This document shows, in pieces, positions 51,893 through 60,136 of a stretch of DNA of 64,000 bases. Position 1 is the first letter of the stretch; every line of letters begins with the position of its first letter. The notes under the pieces were generated by a model, which saw only the letters and a list, made by a program, of their open reading frames with translations, did not search any database and was not told the DNA's origin. The position numbers and the translations under genes are program-made. This DNA is from Thermoanaerobaculia bacterium (GTDB lineage: Bacteria > Acidobacteriota > Thermoanaerobaculia > Gp7-AA8), in assembly GCA_035525215.1 (NCBI GenBank), contig DATLEY010000158.1, positions 1,420 to 65,419 on the forward strand, read 5' to 3'.

Positions 51893-52501
51893 ATGATCCC
51901 GAAGCTGACCGACGGTTCCTCGGATTCCGCCGTTTTCCTCTTCGCACATGGCGCCGGCGCGCCGATGGATTCTCCTTTCATGACCCGGGTCGCCGGAGGG
52001 ATCGCCGCTCACGGAATCCAGGTGGTCCGATTCGAGTTCCCCTACATGGCCGCGCGCCGGGAAGGAGCCCGCCGTCCCCCGGACCGCGAACCGATTCTCC
52101 GCTTCACGTGGGCGAAGCTCATCGATCAGCACCGCGACGGCCGGAAAGTCTTCATCGGCGGAAAGTCGATGGGAGGGAGGATCGCTACGATGGTCGCCGA
52201 CGAGACCGGCGTGGACGGTGTGGTCTGCTTCGGTTATCCCTTCCACCCACCCGGTCGTCCCGAAACGCTCCGCATCCGCCACCTGCAATCGCTCCAGACC
52301 CCGCTCCTCATCATTCAGGGAACCCGGGACGCCCTCGGGTCGCAGCCCGAGGTCTCGTCCCTGGAGCTTTCGAAAAACATTACGATCCGATGGATCGGCG
52401 ATGGGGACCATTCGCTCAAGCCACGCGTACGGAGTGGTCGCACGGAGGATCAGAATGTCGAGGAGGCGATTCAGGCCGCAGCGGCCTTCATGAATGGATG
52501 A
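51893..52501 (+). CDS. Alpha/beta-hydrolase family protein (KANL3/Tex30-like)
   Basis: 202 aa, …FLFAHGAGAPMDSPFM…FIGGKSMGGRIAT (GxSxG nucleophile)…IIQGTRD…. Confidence 0.6.
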   Translation: MIPKLTDGSSDSAVFLFAHGAGAPMDSPFMTRVAGGIAAHGIQVVRFEFPYMAARREGARRPPDREPILRFTWAKLIDQHRDGRKVFIGGKSMGGRIATMVADETGVDGVVCFGYPFHPPGRPETLRIRHLQSLQTPLLIIQGTRDALGSQPEVSSLELSKNITIRWIGDGDHSLKPRVRSGRTEDQNVEEAIQAAAAFMNG

Positions 52502-52590
52502 GGACGCCAAGGCCGCAACATCTCGTTGACTCGCAAGGCTTCTCTGATCCACCCGATCGAGGCATCATCTAAGGAATCCCGGAGGCTCCC

Positions 52591-54891
52591 ATGAATCGCA
52601 CCGCTCTGCTACGCCTGCTCGTTCTGTTTCTGCTCGCCGTCCCCGGTTTCGCCGCTTCCGATGAGATGCACGCAGCGATCGCCGAGGCGCGAACGGTGGC
52701 GCTGGACGTCGCGATGCCCCCTGCTCAGGATCACTGGTGCGCGACGACGCCCGCGATACACGAGCGAGCGCGAGCCGAACGAAACGACGCTGAGGCGCGC
52801 CGGCAGATCCGCGCGGCCCGACGTTCCACCGCGGCAACCGTGAGCCAGGCGCGATTCAGCGACGGAGTCGTTCTGGTCGAGGCCGATTCGATCATCGCGC
52901 CTCACGATCACCCGCTCGATCTGATCGGCTCGATTCTCGAGTTGACGCCCGTGTCCGGAGGATTCGAGGCGGCCAGAACGGAGATTCGTCCCGCTCGGAG
53001 CGCCGGCCAGAAAATCGCGACTCTCGCCAACGCGGATGCCAGTCATCTTCTGGAGCTCGATACATTTCGCTTTCCGTTTTTCGGCACGGAGCACGACAAG
53101 CTGCACATTCATCCTTTCGCCGTCGGACTGGGAGCGCCGATTCCGATGACGAAGGCGCGCCAGTGGGGCGCTGCAGACCTCGCCTCGCTGCCGGTGCCGG
53201 TCGTTGCCGCGTTCCTGAACCGGCGCTCCCCCGCCCTGGAGCTGTTCGTCGCCGAGAGCACCGAATCGCTCGTTCTCACCTGGCGCAATCCGAAGAGCGA
53301 CGAGGAAGTCGACATTAAGAAGGAAGTCGACATCCAGATGGTGCTCGAGTCGAATGGACGCATCACCATGCGCTATGGAGCGATTCCCGTTCCTCGCGCC
53401 GGAGCGGCCTTCGTCTCCGGAAGCGGGTCCGGCCTGTGGGAACCCGAGCGCGCCGCGCTCGCGCGCGGGACCGACAGCTCCACCGACGTGGGCGAGGGCG
53501 TCCCGGTCGCGTTCCGTCCCCATACGGAAATCATATCTCTGGAAGTCGACCGGCTTGGCGCGACCGACCTGCTCGAGTTCCGTCTCCGGCTCGCCGGCTC
53601 ACCACTCGAGGGCACGCTGGAGGAATCGGACTGGATCTACTGGCAGATTCAGCTCGGAAACACCTCGGCCGAGCGGGGAGCGAACTGGATTCGGCTCTAT
53701 CGTTTTCCGGAGCGGGGAATCCTCGCCTGGCTTCCGCAGTGGTATGCGGGCGAGGGGCCGCTGGCGCGTGTCGAAGGGAATGAACTGGTGGTCCGGATTT
53801 CGGAGTCGATTCTCGATCTTGCGGGCCCCGCCACCGAAGTCAATGCCTCGGCGATCTTCGTCCGCGACGGCAGGGGAATCGGATCCGATTCGCTGCAGAC
53901 GATTCTCGAAGGCCTCGGAGGCGGCACCCGCACTCTCGAAGCCGATCTCAGCGCCGCTGGCGGAGGCGTCTCCAACGGTCCGCTGTTCGAAGCCTTCACG
54001 GTGCCGATTCTCAATGCCTCGGCGGTCTGGGCGGCCATCGACGCCGAGATCGACCTGAATGAGAGCTACATCGACATGATGTCGATCTATCAGACATTCA
54101 GCACCGACCTGAATCTCTATGCGGGCGGCTACTCCACGGTCGGCAACGCGGCGGCCGACGGAATCGACGACTTCATCTCACTCAATCGGCCGAAGGTGCC
54201 CGCGCTCCTTCACCTCGACACGCTCGGGAATGGATGGAACTCCAAGGACCTGGGAATCCTCCGGCTTCAGGCGCACGAGGTCGGCCACCGATGGCTCTAT
54301 TTTTTCTCGATCCGTGAGGCGGGAGAATCGACCAATCATCTCAATCCCGACGGAGGGCATCCGAAAAAAGGGGTTCATCTTCCGGCCGCCTTTCCGACCG
54401 TGACGATGACCGACCATTCGACGATGGGAGGAAGCACCTTCTCACAGATCGGCGCGAATGAGTACCGGACTCCGGATGATGCGGGGGCCTACGCCTTCAC
54501 GTGGCACGAGCTGTATCTGATGGGCCTGGCCGCTCCCGAGGAAGTGAGCGAGCCGTGGTACTACCTGAATGGTGAAGGGCTCGAAACTTCCTACGACCCG
54601 CCCGTCAAGACGACGTTCACCACGACGTCGCGGACGGATGTTTCCTTCAACCAGATCCTCGACGCGATGGGTCCCCGCGTTCCCTCGGTGATCACCAGCC
54701 CGAAGAAATTCGTCAATGTCTACGTCATCGTCACGCGACCAGGAGAGACGCTCACTGATGAGGTTCTCGCCGACTTCAGGGAGCGGTATCGCGATGCCTT
54801 CGTGGAGCATTTTCGCGCCGTGACCGGAGGAAGAGGGGCGATCGTCACGGACCCATTCCCGAGCGGCCGCAAGCGCGGCGTACGCCGCTGA
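52591..54891 (+). CDS. Large secreted hypothetical protein with HExxH zinc-metalloprotease-like motif
   Basis: 766 aa, signal peptide MNRTALLRLLVLFLLAVPGFAAS. Single HExxH at LRLQAHEVGHRWLYFF. No family recognised. Confidence 0.55.
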   Translation: MNRTALLRLLVLFLLAVPGFAASDEMHAAIAEARTVALDVAMPPAQDHWCATTPAIHERARAERNDAEARRQIRAARRSTAATVSQARFSDGVVLVEADSIIAPHDHPLDLIGSILELTPVSGGFEAARTEIRPARSAGQKIATLANADASHLLELDTFRFPFFGTEHDKLHIHPFAVGLGAPIPMTKARQWGAADLASLPVPVVAAFLNRRSPALELFVAESTESLVLTWRNPKSDEEVDIKKEVDIQMVLESNGRITMRYGAIPVPRAGAAFVSGSGSGLWEPERAALARGTDSSTDVGEGVPVAFRPHTEIISLEVDRLGATDLLEFRLRLAGSPLEGTLEESDWIYWQIQLGNTSAERGANWIRLYRFPERGILAWLPQWYAGEGPLARVEGNELVVRISESILDLAGPATEVNASAIFVRDGRGIGSDSLQTILEGLGGGTRTLEADLSAAGGGVSNGPLFEAFTVPILNASAVWAAIDAEIDLNESYIDMMSIYQTFSTDLNLYAGGYSTVGNAAADGIDDFISLNRPKVPALLHLDTLGNGWNSKDLGILRLQAHEVGHRWLYFFSIREAGESTNHLNPDGGHPKKGVHLPAAFPTVTMTDHSTMGGSTFSQIGANEYRTPDDAGAYAFTWHELYLMGLAAPEEVSEPWYYLNGEGLETSYDPPVKTTFTTTSRTDVSFNQILDAMGPRVPSVITSPKKFVNVYVIVTRPGETLTDEVLADFRERYRDAFVEHFRAVTGGRGAIVTDPFPSGRKRGVRR

Positions 54892-54901
54892 TCATTTTCT
54901 A

Positions 54902-56512
54902 ATGACACCGCCCGCAGTCATCCACCGTTGGTGGCAGACCGGGATCATTTACCAGATCTACCCTCGCTCCTTCGCCGATACCAACCGTGACGGGGTCGGC
55001 GACCTCGCCGGAATCCGCGAAAGGCTCCCCTACCTCGAATCGCTCCGCATCGACGCGATCTGGATCTCTCCCATCTATCCATCGCCCATGGCGGACTTCG
55101 GCTATGACATCTCCGACTACACGGAGATCCATCCCCTCTTCGGTTCTCTCGGCGACTTCGATGCGCTGCTGAAGGATGCTCACGAACGCGGGATGCGGGT
55201 CATCCTCGATTTCGTTCCAAATCACTCCTCGAATCAGCATCCCTGGTTCATCGACTCCCGCTCGGATCGTTCGAGCGACCGTCGGGAGTGGTACATCTGG
55301 CGCGACCCGGCGCCCGGCGGGGGTCCTCCGACCAACTGGCGCAGCGTCTTCGGAGGCTCCGCCTGGACCTTCGACCCGGCCACCGGGCAGTACTACTACC
55401 ACGCGTTTCTTCCGGAACAACCAGATCTCAACTGGCGGAATCCGGAGGTAGAGCGCGCCATGCTCGAGGTGCTGCGATTCTGGCTGGACCGAGGAGTCGA
55501 TGGATTCCGGGTCGACGTGATCTGGCACCTGATCAAGTCCGAGCAGATGCTCGACAATCCTCCAAATCCTGATTACGAACCGCACCAATCTCCGTACGAC
55601 GAGCTGCTTCCCGTCTACACGGTCGACCAGCCCGAGGTTCACGGCATCATCCGGACCATTCGCGAGCTCTTTGATGCGTACGACGGAGAACGAGTTCTGA
55701 TCGGCGAGATTTATCTTCCGGTCGGGCGCCTCATTTCCTACTACGGCGAGAATGGCGGGGGAGTTCACTTTCCCTACAATTTTCAGCTCCTGACGCTCCC
55801 CTGGTCGGCCCGCGAGATCGCCGCGGCCATCGACGCGTACGAAGCTCTGCTTCCGGAATACGCCTGGCCGAACTGGGTGCTCGGGAATCACGACAAGTCG
55901 CGAATTGCGACGCGCGTCGGTGAAGCGCAGGCGCGCGTCGCGGCCATGATGCTGCTCACCCTCCGGGGAACGGCGACGATTTACTACGGTGATGAGATCG
56001 GAATGACCGATGTGCCGATCCCGCCAGACCGCGTTCAGGACCCCTTCGAGAAGAACGTCCCCGGGCGCGGGCTCGGCAGAGACCCCGAGCGGACGCCGAT
56101 GCAATGGGACGCCACGCGCCATGCAGGATTTTCCGAGGTCAGTCCGTGGCTCCCGATCGCTCCTGCGGCTCACGGAACGGTCAACGTCGCCAGTCAGGCC
56201 GAAGATCCGCGTTCGATGCTGGCTCTTCACCGCCGGCTCATCGAGCTCCGACGCGCCGAGGAAGCGCTGCACGCCGGAACCTACTCCGCGCTCGAGGCTG
56301 CGGGTGACCTCATCGCGTTCGCCCGGAAGTCGGACGGAAGCCTCTTCGTGATCGTCCTCAATCTCGGGAGCTCTGCCGCGACTTATCCGATGCCTTCGCC
56401 CGAGTTTCGAGGAAGGATCGAGCTCTCGACTCACCTGGATCGCGAGGCAGAACCGGTCGCCGGCCGGCTCCGGCTCCGCCCCGACGAAGGCGTCGTGATC
56501 CGGATCGGCTGA
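54902..56512 (+). CDS. GH13 alpha-glucosidase / oligo-1,6-glucosidase family
   Basis: 536 aa, WWQTGIIYQIYPRSFADTNRDGVGDLAGI…IDAIWISPIY…GFRVDVIWHL…GNHD… (GH13 conserved regions I-IV). Confidence 0.88.
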   Translation: MTPPAVIHRWWQTGIIYQIYPRSFADTNRDGVGDLAGIRERLPYLESLRIDAIWISPIYPSPMADFGYDISDYTEIHPLFGSLGDFDALLKDAHERGMRVILDFVPNHSSNQHPWFIDSRSDRSSDRREWYIWRDPAPGGGPPTNWRSVFGGSAWTFDPATGQYYYHAFLPEQPDLNWRNPEVERAMLEVLRFWLDRGVDGFRVDVIWHLIKSEQMLDNPPNPDYEPHQSPYDELLPVYTVDQPEVHGIIRTIRELFDAYDGERVLIGEIYLPVGRLISYYGENGGGVHFPYNFQLLTLPWSAREIAAAIDAYEALLPEYAWPNWVLGNHDKSRIATRVGEAQARVAAMMLLTLRGTATIYYGDEIGMTDVPIPPDRVQDPFEKNVPGRGLGRDPERTPMQWDATRHAGFSEVSPWLPIAPAAHGTVNVASQAEDPRSMLALHRRLIELRRAEEALHAGTYSALEAAGDLIAFARKSDGSLFVIVLNLGSSAATYPMPSPEFRGRIELSTHLDREAEPVAGRLRLRPDEGVVIRIG

Positions 56513-56514
56513 GA

Positions 56515-56730
56515 AGAGAGTCAAAAAACGAACGCAGAACGCAGAACGATGAATTCAGAATTTAGAAAACGGTCAAAAACCCTATGATCGGCGAACGGCT
56601 CGCCGAGCCGAGAATCGACGTTGGCCCCATTTCATCCTTCCGTGCTCGTCAGCGTGCTGCTCGTTCGAGTCTCAATCCAAATTCATCGTTCATCGTTCTG
56701 CGTTCTGCGTTCTGTGTTCGCTTTTGACTC
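56515..56730. repeat. Inverted pair of module-A-variant repeats (AGTCAAAAAACGAACGCAGAACGCAGAACG … CGTTCTGCGTTCTGCGTTCTGTGTTCGCTTTTGACTC) flanking ~140 bp
   Basis: 56519-56550 and 56693-56730 are near-perfect reverse complements. Same GTCAAAAA(A)C head as module A, with GAACGCA repeats replacing GGGCACG repeats. Confidence 0.8.
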
Positions 56731-56732
56731 AT

Positions 56733-57110
56733 TCAGTCCGAGGGAAAGGCCATCGTGGTCATCAGAGCGTTCTCGGCCTGCCGGCTGTCGAGCCGGGTGT
56801 GCTGAACGACGATCGGAACATCGCTCTCGATCACACTCGCGAAGTCGACTCCGGTCGGGACGGGCTCCGGATCCTTCAGCTCGTTGAACCGGACATGACT
56901 GGTACGAAGCGGCTCGACCCGAAGCCGGTAAGGACCCGCGGGATCCCTGTCGGAAAAGAAGATCGTGATCGTCACGCTCGCGGGCCGGTCCGACGCATTG
57001 AGAATGCAGACCGTCTCGTGGCTGAGCATCTCCGGCTCCGGCCCGCGGCTCCACGTCGGGATGTAACCCTCCGCGATTGCCCATCGGCGTTTTCCGATTC
57101 CCTCGCTCAT
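56733..57110 (-). CDS. ASRT-like (Anabaena sensory rhodopsin transducer family) small beta-sandwich protein
   Basis: 126 aa from the internal start MSEGIGKRRWAIAEGYIPTWSRGPEPEMLSHETVCILN…VQHTRLDSRQAENAL of ORF 56733..57368. Size and motifs recalled as matching the ASRT family; unverified. Confidence 0.4.
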   Translation of the reverse strand: MSEGIGKRRWAIAEGYIPTWSRGPEPEMLSHETVCILNASDRPASVTITIFFSDRDPAGPYRLRVEPLRTSHVRFNELKDPEPVPTGVDFASVIESDVPIVVQHTRLDSRQAENALMTTMAFPSD

Positions 57111-57466
57111 CGCTCCTCCTTCGCAGCTGCCATTGCGCCTTTCCTGAATCGCGCTTCGCCGCTTCCGATCGCGATCCAGAATCGCTCTGGATACATCTGC
57201 GCGAGCGTCGCGGCCGCCTGCGCGATGATCGCGGGGTGATATCGGTACCCTGGGGCGTTCACGACGCCAAAGGGAAGAGAGGTCGCTTCGAGCGCGGCGC
57301 CGAGCCAGGACCACGCAAACCCGCTCTCTCCCTGGCTCTCGCTCCATGGGAAAAGATGATCCGAGCACATGGCCAGCTCGAAACCTGCTCGTTCAGCGGA
57401 GCGGACGTACTCGAGGAGATCTCGCGGAGTGAACTGTTCGTGTGAGGCGTGATATCCGATCTTCAC
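57107..57466 (-). pseudogene. N-terminal fragment (~110 aa) of an LLM-class / F420-dependent glucose-6-phosphate dehydrogenase-like oxidoreductase
   Basis: MKIGYHASHEQFTPRDLLEY…CSDHLFPW…YRYHPAIIAQAAATLAQMYPERFWIAIGSGEA aligns with the first ~110 residues of FGD/LLM enzymes (LKLGYKASAEQF…SDHFQPW…YNPAVIAQAFATMG…LGVGTGEA). Terminates after GSGEA; the remaining ~220 aa are absent and the ASRT-like gene follows. Confidence 0.6.
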
Positions 57467-57564
57467 GCTCGCTCACGAAGCAAGGTTCAATCCAGAGTGT
57501 GCGCTTCGCGCAGTGGCGGCACTGGATCTCGAGCGCTCCGGGCCCAAGCGTACCGCTCCCTGGC

Positions 57565-57804
57565 TCATTGCTGCTCGACCGCTTCGTCGACCTCTTTCGC
57601 GCGCTTGCTTTCCTCGGCGGCGAGATCGGCTGCCTTCTTCCTGGCCCCCACGAGCTTGTCGCCGTAATTTCCGCCGGTGGTTTCCGTCTCTTCGGCGGAG
57701 ACCGCCATCTCCGTGGTGGACTCCGAACCCGTTTCGCCACCGCGGCATGCTGGAAGGAAGCAGAGCGCCGCGAGCATCAGCCAGCCGAACCGAGGGTCGA
57801 GCAT
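57565..57804 (-). CDS. Small hypothetical lipoprotein
   Basis: Internal start MLDPRFGWLMLAALCFLPACRGGE (lipobox), then an acidic Ala/Glu/Lys-rich tail. Confidence 0.35.
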   Translation of the reverse strand: MLDPRFGWLMLAALCFLPACRGGETGSESTTEMAVSAEETETTGGNYGDKLVGARKKAADLAAEESKRAKEVDEAVEQQ

Positions 57805-57891
57805 GAGTCCATTATGCCTCCACCCCCCATTCGTCCAGCAATTACGGCCGGCACGCATGTCCCGCGTGCTCGAGGTCCTGTATGCTCCGGT

Positions 57892-58342
57892 GATGAACGA
57901 TGAAGAGATGCTGCGAATCGCGATCGAGGAAGCTCGCGCGGGGCTCGCGGAAGGAGGGATTCCGATCGGCGCCGCCCTCTTTCACCGCGATGGGCGGGTC
58001 CTGGGACGCGGGCATAACCGGCGCGTTCAGGAGGGGGATCCCTCCGTCCATGGCGAGACGGATGCGTTCCGCGATGCGGGGCGCCAGACCGACTACCGCG
58101 ACACGGTCATGGTGACGACTCTCGCCCCCTGCTGGTACTGCAGCGGTCTGGTGCGTCAGTTCCGGATCGGCCGCGTGGTGGTCGGCGAGTCGGTCAACTT
58201 CGCCGGAGGAATGAGCTGGCTGCGCGAGGCGGGAATCGAGGTGGTCGATCTCGCGAACGGTGAGTGCATCGAGATGCTGGAGGGCTTCATCCGTGAGCAT
58301 CCCGAAATCTGGAACGAGGACATCGGCGAATCTCCCGGTTGA
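57892..58342 (+). CDS. CMP/dCMP-type zinc deaminase (cytosine deaminase FCY1-like / nucleoside deaminase)
   Basis: MNDEEMLRIAIEEARAG…HGETDAFRDAG…TLAPCWYCSGL (H(A/G)E … PCxxC zinc motifs). Alternative start at ATG 57856. Confidence 0.7.
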
Positions 58343-58357
58343 GACCCCTCGCCGAAC

Positions 58358-59968
58358 TCAGTCCGAGCTGCTCTCGGAGAATCCGACGCCGGACGATTCC
58401 TTGATGCAGATCTCGAGCTCCCATTCGGTGGTGAACAGCAGCACCGGTCTCGATTCGACATCGAGGACCTTCCGGCTGGCGCCGGGAGCTCGCACGGCAG
58501 CGACGTCCTCGGGCCGGCCCCGAAGCCAGCGAGCCAGCCGGAACGGAAGGCGCTGGAGCGTCGTCTCGGTGCCGTACTCGCTCGCCAGGCGGGAACGGAG
58601 GAGATCGAACTGCAGCTCGCCGACCACGCCGATGACCGGCTCGCTCCGGCGCCCCTCCTCGGGGTAAAAGAGCTGGATCACGCCCTCCTCTTCGAGCTGC
58701 TCGATCCCTTTCTGAAACTGCTTCTGTCGGGAGGTCTCCCGCGCGCGCAGCACGCCGAAATGCTCGGGCGCAAAGCTCGGGATGGGCTCGAACTCGGTCG
58801 GACCCAGCTGCGACACCGTGTCGCCGATCTGAAAGAGACCCGGATTGACGAAGCCGATCACGTCCCCCGGAAAGGCCGACTCGACGGTCTCGCGCTCGCG
58901 CGCGAAAAGACGGTGAGGGCGGGTCATCCGGATCGTCCTGCCGAGCCGCGCGTGATGGACCTCCATGTCCTTCTCGAACGTTCCGGAGCAGACGCGGAGG
59001 AACGCCAGGCGATCGCGGTGGCGGCGGTCCATGTTCGCCTGGATCTTGAACACGAATCCCGAGAACTCCGGCTGTTGGGGCCGGATGAGCCCCGCCGAGC
59101 TGTCGCGCGGAGAAGGGGGCGGAGCGAGGTCGAGCAGCGCCTGAAGGAACGGACCGACTCCAAAGTTGTTGATGGCGCTCCCGAAGTAGACGGGAATCAG
59201 GTCGCCCGCCAGAAATCGATCCTGATCGAAGGAAGCCCCCGCTCCATCCAGCAGCTCGGCGGCCTCACGAAGCTCGTCGCGGGCGCCTCCTCCGATCAGC
59301 GCTTCCAGTGCGGGGTCGTCGATTCCGGCGACCGTCACCGGTGCTCGCGATCCGCCATGGGCGGTGCGCTCGAATCGGAACACCCGCCGCTCCACGAGGT
59401 CGAACACTCCCTGGAAGTCGGGCCCGCTGCCGATCGGCCAGTTCATGGCGACCGCCGCGACGCCGAGCTCCTTTTCGATCTCCTCGAGCAGCTCGAACGG
59501 ATCTTTCCCGGGATGATCCAGCTTGTTGATGAACCCGAGGATGGGGATGCGCCGCTTCCGGCAGACCTGAAACAGCTTTCGCGTCTGCGGCTCGATTCCC
59601 TTCGCCGCATCCAGAACCATGACCGCGCTGTCCGTAGCGTGAAGGGTCCTGTAGGTGTCTTCGCTGAAGTCCTGGTGACCTGGGGTATCGAGGAGATTGA
59701 GACAGTAGCCCTCGTACTCGAACTGCAGCGCGGTGGAAGTCACCGAGATGCCGCGCGCCTGCTCCATGGCCATCCAGTCGGACGTGGCATGACGCTGAGT
59801 CTTGCGGCTCCGCACCGCTCCCGCGGTCTCGATGGCGCCGCCGTAGAGAAGGAGCTTCTCGGTGAGCGTGGTCTTCCCCGCGTCAGGGTGCGAGATGATC
59901 GCAAAAGTCCGCCGTCTCTCCACCTCGCGAGCGAGGGTCGCGAGGTCTGCCGCCGTTGCGCCTTCCAT
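58358..59968 (-). CDS. prfC: Peptide chain release factor 3 PrfC
   Basis: 536 aa translational GTPase: AIISHPDAGKTTLTEKLL (G1), DTPGHQDF (G3), NKLD (G4). RF3-type domain organisation. Confidence 0.92.
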   Translation of the reverse strand: MEGATAADLATLAREVERRRTFAIISHPDAGKTTLTEKLLLYGGAIETAGAVRSRKTQRHATSDWMAMEQARGISVTSTALQFEYEGYCLNLLDTPGHQDFSEDTYRTLHATDSAVMVLDAAKGIEPQTRKLFQVCRKRRIPILGFINKLDHPGKDPFELLEEIEKELGVAAVAMNWPIGSGPDFQGVFDLVERRVFRFERTAHGGSRAPVTVAGIDDPALEALIGGGARDELREAAELLDGAGASFDQDRFLAGDLIPVYFGSAINNFGVGPFLQALLDLAPPPSPRDSSAGLIRPQQPEFSGFVFKIQANMDRRHRDRLAFLRVCSGTFEKDMEVHHARLGRTIRMTRPHRLFARERETVESAFPGDVIGFVNPGLFQIGDTVSQLGPTEFEPIPSFAPEHFGVLRARETSRQKQFQKGIEQLEEEGVIQLFYPEEGRRSEPVIGVVGELQFDLLRSRLASEYGTETTLQRLPFRLARWLRGRPEDVAAVRAPGASRKVLDVESRPVLLFTTEWELEICIKESSGVGFSESSSD

Positions 59969-60067
59969 TCAGCCTCTGAACATCGCGCGGCAGTGATCGC
60001 AGAAATAGAGCCCGTCTTCCATGCGACGAACGGTTTTTCTGCGTCCGCAGGTCGGGCACTTGGGCAT
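59969..60067 (-). CDS. Candidate 32-aa zinc-ribbon micro-protein MPKCPTCGRRKTVRRMEDGLYFCDHCRAMFRG, stop-start coupled to prfC
   Basis: ATG 60067; CPxCG knuckle and second CxxC 17 residues later. TGA at 59971..59969 directly abuts the prfC ATG (TGAATG). Weak SD, so coding status uncertain. Confidence 0.35.
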   Translation of the reverse strand: MPKCPTCGRRKTVRRMEDGLYFCDHCRAMFRG

Positions 60068-60136
60068 CTCGGAAGCCGGTTTCTGCACGGCTGCCCGAAC
60101 GCCCCGGGAGAGAACAACATTTCCGCGCCGGGAGAT

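Noticed and set aside
51820-52552. N-terminal 243 aa of the 416-aa minus-strand ORF upstream of the peroxiredoxin domain
   Set aside because: Antisense to the alpha/beta-hydrolase gene with no motifs. A signal peptide and GGAGG-ATG at 51819 define the real Bcp start.
57107-57466. Treating the 119-aa LLM-like ORF as an intact small enzyme
   Set aside because: It covers only the first third of the (beta/alpha)8 LLM fold and ends immediately after the conserved GSGEA, so it is called a gene fragment.
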